A stretch of DNA of 64,000 nucleotides from an uncultured Trueperaceae bacterium. Its GTDB lineage: Bacteria > Deinococcota > Deinococci > Deinococcales > Trueperaceae. Below are positions 58,666 to 64,000 of the stretch, one piece after another; positions within the stretch are counted from its first letter, which is position 1; each line of letters begins with the position of its first letter. The translations under genes and the position numbers were made by a program. A model generated the notes under the pieces. The model was not told the DNA's origin. It was given only the letters and a program-made list of their open reading frames with translations, and did no database searches. Location of the stretch: NCBI GenBank assembly GCA_963799485.1, contig CAWCXJ010000008.1, positions 256,001-320,000 of the forward strand, written 5' to 3'.

Positions 58666-60156
58666 GTGAAGAAGAAGATCATCATTATCGGCAGCGGCTT
58701 CGGCGCACTCGGGGCCGCTGCTCGCCTGCTCGCCGCCGGACACGACGTAACCATGTTCGAAAAACGCGACAAGCTCGGGGGCCGCGCCTACGTCTACGAG
58801 CTGGGCGGCTTCAAGTTCGACGGCGGCCCGACGATCGTCACCGCGCCGTTTATGTTCGACGACATCTTCGAGGCGGCCGGAAAGCGCCGTGAAGACTATT
58901 TCGAGCTGGTCAAGTGCGACCCGTTCTACCGGATTTTCGACGCCGACGGGCGGCCCTTCGACTACAACGACGACGAGATGTTTACCCTCCGCGAGATTCA
59001 CGAGCGCAACCCAAAAGACAAAGAGGGCTACCTGCGCTTTATCCGTTCGACCAAGGCGATTTTTCAAAAAGGGTTTGTGGAGCTTGCCGATAAGCCTTTT
59101 TTGAGCGTGTGGGACATGCTCAAGGTCGCGCCCGACTTGGTACGTTTGCAGTCGTACAAGAGCGTGTACAAATACGCGTCGGGCTTTGTTGAGGACGAAT
59201 TCTTGCGGAAAGTCTTTTCGTTTCACCCGCTTTTGGTCGGTGGCAATCCGTTCGATACAACCTCGATTTACGCGATGATTCATTACCTCGAGCGCGAGTG
59301 GGGCGTGTGGTACGCCCTCGGCGGCACCGGCGCGATTGTCAAAGGTCTGGGGCGGCTGATTACCGAACTCGGCGGCGAAATCTACTTAAACGCCGAAGTT
59401 GACGAAATTGTCGTAGACAAGGGCGAAGGTGAGCGGCGCGTGAAAGGCGTGCGGATGCAAGACGGCAGTGTTCGCACCGCCGACGCCGTAATCTCCAACG
59501 CCGACGTCGCCTACACCTACCGCAGCATGATTGCGCCTGAACACCGCCGTAAATACACCGACAAAAAAATTGAGAACATGAAGTACGCGATGTCGCTCTT
59601 TGTCATCTATTTCGGCACCAAAAAACGCTACCTCGACACCAAGCTCAAGCACCACAACATCATTCTGGGCGAGCGCTACGAGGAGCTGCTCCAAGACATC
59701 TTTAACAAACATCACGTCGCCGAGGACTTTTCCTTGTACCTGCATATGCCGACCTACACCGACCCGAGCATGGCCCCGGAGGGCTGCGAGTCGTTTTACG
59801 TCTTGTCGCCGGTGCCGCACTTGGGTTCGGGGACGGACTGGAAGGTTGCCGCCAAACCCTACCGCGACCTCATCATGCAGTTCTTAGAGGACAACTACCT
59901 GCCGGATTTGCAGGAAAACATCGTGGTCGAACACATGATCGACCCGCTGCATTTTCAGGACACGCTCAACTCGTATCAGGGGTCGGCGTTTAGCGTGCAA
60001 CCTCTTTTGACGCAGTCGGCGTGGTTCCGGCCGCACAACCGCAGCGAGGAGTTCAGCAACCTCTACTTTGTGGGTGCGGGGACGCATCCGGGGGCGGGGT
60101 TGCCGGGGGTGTTGTCGAGTTCGAAGATCGTTGAAAACCTTATCGGGGCGGCCTAA
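58666..60156 (+). CDS. crtI: Phytoene desaturase (CrtI family)
   Basis: [42 protein letters not shown]. Confidence 0.9.
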   Translation: MKKKIIIIGSGFGALGAAARLLAAGHDVTMFEKRDKLGGRAYVYELGGFKFDGGPTIVTAPFMFDDIFEAAGKRREDYFELVKCDPFYRIFDADGRPFDYNDDEMFTLREIHERNPKDKEGYLRFIRSTKAIFQKGFVELADKPFLSVWDMLKVAPDLVRLQSYKSVYKYASGFVEDEFLRKVFSFHPLLVGGNPFDTTSIYAMIHYLEREWGVWYALGGTGAIVKGLGRLITELGGEIYLNAEVDEIVVDKGEGERRVKGVRMQDGSVRTADAVISNADVAYTYRSMIAPEHRRKYTDKKIENMKYAMSLFVIYFGTKKRYLDTKLKHHNIILGERYEELLQDIFNKHHVAEDFSLYLHMPTYTDPSMAPEGCESFYVLSPVPHLGSGTDWKVAAKPYRDLIMQFLEDNYLPDLQENIVVEHMIDPLHFQDTLNSYQGSAFSVQPLLTQSAWFRPHNRSEEFSNLYFVGAGTHPGAGLPGVLSSSKIVENLIGAA

Positions 60157-60295
60157 AATCGTCCCCGTAAAATGCTGGTTTGTAGGCTGAAAGAATACGT
60201 GAACGGCTGAGACGTACTATCAATAGGGCGACGCGTCGCGTTCGCAGTGTGTTTTTGCCGTACATCTTTTACGGGGCGCAGGTGAGGAGAAAACG

Positions 60296-60679
60296 ATGGA
60301 AAGCCGTGCGTTTAGACGTGACTTGAAAGCTTTACGGCGTGAGTTGGAGGAACTCCAGGAAACCCTGGAAGACTTGGGCGAATCGGGCAGTGAGGCCGCT
60401 AAAAGCGCCTTAAACGAGATGAAAGGGAGTCTCGAGGCCAAACTCAGAGACGTTTTCAGCTCGGTCAAGGACACCTCTCAGGGAACGGAAAGCCGGGGCC
60501 AGAGCTTTTTCCGGGACGCCGAACAAGGGGGTAAAAGGTTTACAAAACGCGCTGAATACCGGGGTAAAGGCGCATTTTACGAGGCCCGGCCCGGCAATGC
60601 GACTCGGGGTACCGGGGCGGCGTCTCTCGTGGGTTTCGGTCTCGGGTTTGCGGTGGGCTGGCTGTTGGCTCGGCGCTAA
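60296..60679 (+). CDS. DUF883/ElaB-like tail-anchored protein
   Basis: Coiled-coil N-terminus and C-terminal TM G.GFAVGWLLARR; GAGGAG RBS. Confidence 0.65.
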   Translation: MESRAFRRDLKALRRELEELQETLEDLGESGSEAAKSALNEMKGSLEAKLRDVFSSVKDTSQGTESRGQSFFRDAEQGGKRFTKRAEYRGKGAFYEARPGNATRGTGAASLVGFGLGFAVGWLLARR

Positions 60680-60772
60680 GCGTTTACCGGTTTCAAAGAG
60701 ACCACCGTAAAACGGTCTCTTTTTTGGCAGTCGGCTGCCGCTCTGCTCGTTCGCTACGTTTTACGGTGGCTG

Positions 60773-61096
60773 TTAAAACACCGCTTGCAGCGCCCAGAGG
60801 GCAATCATGCCTGCTAAAAGCGTCCAGATGATGCTTTTGGTGTACCACGCCACGACGCTCGCCACGAGTCCGGCCATGAGTTTTTCGTTGCTGAGGGTGA
60901 GCTCGAGCGCACCCTCCCGAAACACAATCGCCGGCACGACAATCGCCGGAAGCACCGCCACCGGCACGAACCGGAGCGCCCGCTGCACCACCGGCGGCAA
61001 CCTGAGGCGATCTGACAACGCGATAAACGACACGCGCAGCGCAAAGGTAATAAGTCCCATCGCCAGCATCGTCCACCAGAGTGTTGTTCCGCTCAT
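60773..61096 (-). CDS. AzlD-family membrane protein
   Basis: TFALRVSF..L..VP.AVL.A. Confidence 0.85.
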   Translation of the reverse strand: MSGTTLWWTMLAMGLITFALRVSFIALSDRLRLPPVVQRALRFVPVAVLPAIVVPAIVFREGALELTLSNEKLMAGLVASVVAWYTKSIIWTLLAGMIALWALQAVF

Positions 61097-61788
61097 GTAG
61101 TCGCCCGTTGCTGCACGGCTTCAACGAGTGTGCCCGTTCCGATGCCGACGAGCGCCGCGACGATGAGCGCGAGGTTAAACGGTAAAGCGTGGGCAACGAC
61201 GACGGTGACGCCGGCAGCAAGCGCCGCTGCGACCGCCGCGCGGTCAACCAGAACGGGAAAAATCAGCGCCATAAAAATCAGCGGAATGGCGAACTCTAAA
61301 GACCAGCCTTCCGGCACCTGCGACCCGACAAAAACGCCGACCGCCGTGGTCAGCATCCACACCGCCCAAATCGGCGCGGCAAAACCCAGATAGTAGAGAC
61401 TTTTGTAGGGCATGTCGGGCTCGGCGACGAAGCGGCGGATAGAGAGCGCGTAAGCCTGATCGGTCATAAGGTACGCCATGAGGCTCTTGGGTCCCACCGA
61501 AAAACGCGCCAGGTAGGGGGCAATCGATGCGCTGTACATCATAAAGCGCAAATTGATAAAAAACGTCGTCAGGAGGATGACGAACAGGGGCGCGCCAGAG
61601 GCGATAAGTTGTAACCCTGCGAGCTGCGACGCGCCCGCAAAAACAAGCGCCGACATCGCAATCGCCTGAACATCAGGCAACCCGACGCTCGCCGCGCTGA
61701 CACCGGCTACGAGTCCGAAAGGGATAATACCAAGCATCACGGGTAAACCGACCTGAAAGCCGGAGAAGAGGGTCGCTCGAGGAGACAC
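61093..61788 (-). CDS. AzlC-family branched-chain amino acid exporter
   Basis: FAGASQ, INLR..MYS, MTDQAYA. Confidence 0.9.
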   Translation of the reverse strand: MSPRATLFSGFQVGLPVMLGIIPFGLVAGVSAASVGLPDVQAIAMSALVFAGASQLAGLQLIASGAPLFVILLTTFFINLRFMMYSASIAPYLARFSVGPKSLMAYLMTDQAYALSIRRFVAEPDMPYKSLYYLGFAAPIWAVWMLTTAVGVFVGSQVPEGWSLEFAIPLIFMALIFPVLVDRAAVAAALAAGVTVVVAHALPFNLALIVAALVGIGTGTLVEAVQQRATT

Positions 61789-61818
61789 AGGGTTTATTCT
61801 ACGGGACGCTAAGCCGTA

Positions 61819-62967
61819 CTAAAGCCCACGCATGGTAAATGCCCGTGCAAACGGGTGCTTGAGCGGGGTGTGCAAGATGCTCCAGGCGAAGGTGTCACGG
61901 AGGACGGCGAGCGGTGTGGCGCGGCCCATCACGGTATTGAACTCGGCGCGGCAGGCGGCGCTCTTTGCCGTGTTACGGTGCGCGTCGTAGTCGCCAAACC
62001 CTTCACCTCGCGCTAAAGCGTCCGCCAGTCGCCACGCGCCCAGCCAGCCGAGGTTCATCCCCTGTCCGCCGATTGGACTCAGCACATGTGCGGCGTCGCC
62101 GACGAAGGCTACCCGGCCCACCGTAAAACGTTCGGCTAGAAAACGCTGGACGCCGAAGCTCGACGGCGTGGTATTCGTCTCTGCAGGTACACCGAGGCGT
62201 ACACTGCGGCGTATATTGCGACCAAGTCGCTCATCGACTAGATTGGCAACGAGTTCGTAAGTCGGTTTTCGAACGAACTGCGGCGTTTTGACGACCCAGC
62301 GCCGTACCCCGCCGGGGAGCGGAAACGACTCGACCAGCCCCGCGTGCGTAAAGTAAAGCTCTGCGTCGCCGACCAACCCGGTCGTATCGGCAAAGTCGCC
62401 CATAACATAAGCATCGGGATAGCGTTTGCCGAGAAACGGAACGCCCAAGGTCTGCCGGACGAAACTGTCTTTGCCGTCGGCGGCGACCAAAAAACGGCTC
62501 CGCAGGGCTTCACCGGATTTTAGGGTTACGGTAACACCGTTCGGGTCAGGCTCGAGCCCCGCCACTTCAGCCCCGGATAAACGGGCGCACGGTGCGAGCT
62601 CGTCTAATCGCGCTGCTAGCAGCGCTTCGGTACGTGGTTGCGGCAGCGTGAGGATAAACGGGTAGGGTGCAGGACACGAAGAAAAGAGCAGCGTTCCCAA
62701 ATGCTGCGTCCCGCGTTTGGTGCCGGTGTAGGCGTGACCGCGCGTGACCTGAACGCCTGCTTGAATGAATTTTTCCGCCAGGCCGAGGACGGCAAGACGC
62801 TCCAAAGCGGGAGGATGCACGCCGATGGCGCGTGAATGTAGTGACGGGGTGGGGTAGCGCTCGAGCACCCTCACCCTCACCCCGAGCTGCGCCAGACGGC
62901 AGCTCAAAAAGAGGCCGACTGCACCTCCGCCAACGACAAAGACATCGGCGTCGAACGTTTCAGTCAT
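61819..62967 (-). CDS. FAD-dependent monooxygenase
   Basis: VVGGG.VG, AADG, GDAAHVLSPIGGQGMNLG. Confidence 0.9.
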   Translation of the reverse strand: MTETFDADVFVVGGGAVGLFLSCRLAQLGVRVRVLERYPTPSLHSRAIGVHPPALERLAVLGLAEKFIQAGVQVTRGHAYTGTKRGTQHLGTLLFSSCPAPYPFILTLPQPRTEALLAARLDELAPCARLSGAEVAGLEPDPNGVTVTLKSGEALRSRFLVAADGKDSFVRQTLGVPFLGKRYPDAYVMGDFADTTGLVGDAELYFTHAGLVESFPLPGGVRRWVVKTPQFVRKPTYELVANLVDERLGRNIRRSVRLGVPAETNTTPSSFGVQRFLAERFTVGRVAFVGDAAHVLSPIGGQGMNLGWLGAWRLADALARGEGFGDYDAHRNTAKSAACRAEFNTVMGRATPLAVLRDTFAWSILHTPLKHPFARAFTMRGL

Positions 62968-63658
62968 TACTAAGGCCGTGACTTAGAAGTAGACGGTACG
63001 GATAAGGGCTCGCGACCTGCCAACCGGGAGGGACGACGGTACGCAGCTCTGCGGGCGTGTATGAGCGCCGAACCGAGGTGAGGCCGTCGGGGGTGATATA
63101 CGACCTGGGAAAAAACGGCCCGGTCAGCGCGGCGAAGCCCACGTAGGCGAGGTCGGCGCGGGCGATATCGTTATGCAGCACCACGCGTCCAAGCGCGGCG
63201 CTGTCACAGCAAAGTTCTTTGACCTCTGCGTCGGACAGGTGATGGAGCAGGTGGTTTGAAATCACCATATCGAACGTGTCGCCGCGCGCCCGTACCGCGC
63301 GGGTATCGGTCTGTTCAAACGAAAGTTTGGGATGAGAGGGCAAGTCGCTCGCAAACGCGGCTGCGCGCGGGTCAGGGTCGATAGCTTTGATGTTCAGCTC
63401 GAGCCCGTCGCGTTCGGCCCAGCGTAGCAGCACACGCGGAACATCGCCGCCGCCGAAACCGATATCTAGCAAACGGCTGCGGCGGTCTGCCGAGAGCTGC
63501 GGGCGCAGATAACACCGGTAGAGCGTCCACCAGCCCGAAAAAACTCGGTTGACGGTGCCGAAACGGGCATACGTCGCCTGAAGCTTACGCGGGTTACACG
63601 CCGGGTCATCCATGTGTTCGCGCAGGTCGGCCCTGCGTGTATGCAAAACGAGTGGCAT
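62960..63658 (-). CDS. SAM-dependent methyltransferase (type III PKS-associated)
   Basis: E.MDDP, LLDIGFGGGD, SNHLLHH, DGLTSVRRSY. Confidence 0.88.
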   Translation of the reverse strand: MPLVLHTRRADLREHMDDPACNPRKLQATYARFGTVNRVFSGWWTLYRCYLRPQLSADRRSRLLDIGFGGGDVPRVLLRWAERDGLELNIKAIDPDPRAAAFASDLPSHPKLSFEQTDTRAVRARGDTFDMVISNHLLHHLSDAEVKELCCDSAALGRVVLHNDIARADLAYVGFAALTGPFFPRSYITPDGLTSVRRSYTPAELRTVVPPGWQVASPYPYRLLLSHGLSND

Positions 63659-64000
63659 CAGCAGCGTGTCAGGAGGCCGCTCTCAACCGTTAGACCGGGG
63701 CCGAACGCCACCGCGCAAACCCGTTCGCCACGCGCCGAGTTCGCCAAAATCTTTTGCAGGACAAATAAAACCGTCGCACTGCTCATGTTGCCGTAGTTGC
63801 GGAGGACGGTGCGGGAGGGCTCGAGCGCACTTTCCCCCAACCCCAGGCTCTTTGCTACCTTGTCCAAAATGGCCCGTCCGCCGGGGTGAACGCCCCACCG
63901 CTCGATATCAGAAACGCCTAGTCCGAACTGCTCGAACAAGGGAGCCAGGGCCGCGCCGATGTTCGCTTCTAAAATTTCCGGTACATAACTCGATAAAACA
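63658..64000 (-). CDS. Type III polyketide synthase, 3' part (5' end outside window)
   Basis: VHPGG (His), YGNMSSAT (Asn), FGPGLTVE. Confidence 0.92.
   Translation of the reverse strand, partial: VLSSYVPEILEANIGAALAPLFEQFGLGVSDIERWGVHPGGRAILDKVAKSLGLGESALEPSRTVLRNYGNMSSATVLFVLQKILANSARGERVCAVAFGPGLTVESGLLTRC

Overview
GC-rich (about 60%) bacterial chromosomal window, most likely Deinococcota (Truepera-like). This is inferred from the efp-accB-accC-nusB-folD order, archaeal/eukaryote-type ProRS, futalosine-pathway mqnC and many leaderless TAnnnT-N5-7-start genes. It contains housekeeping genes (folD, nusB, accBC, efp, SRP RNA, mqnC, uvrA, HU, hpt, metG, proS, crtI), an Fe(III) ABC transporter, an Opp-type importer/catabolic locus, sugar oxidoreductases, two BrnT/BrnA-type TA pairs, two internally deleted IS elements, a stand-alone EVE-like + PD-(D/E)xK nuclease and the 3' end of a type III PKS-methyltransferase-FAD monooxygenase cluster. 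The most interesting signals are not visible as standard genes: (1) a leaderless Met-rich leader peptide with terminator/antiterminator upstream of metG; (2) a 37.1-39.1 kb cluster of paralogous 47-64 aa proteins with a CxxC leader-peptide attenuator, next to a wHTH regulator and an ABC-2 exporter; (3) two heavily over-represented DNA words, the non-palindromic CCGTAAA/TTTACGG (about 70 copies by hand count, both strands, uptake-sequence-like) and the palindrome CTCGAG (about 120 by hand count); (4) paired IscR/Rrf2-like operators in the iron locus; (5) an OppC permease with a roughly 104-aa binding-protein-like insertion. All counts are by eye and all family assignments come from motif recognition, not database searches.
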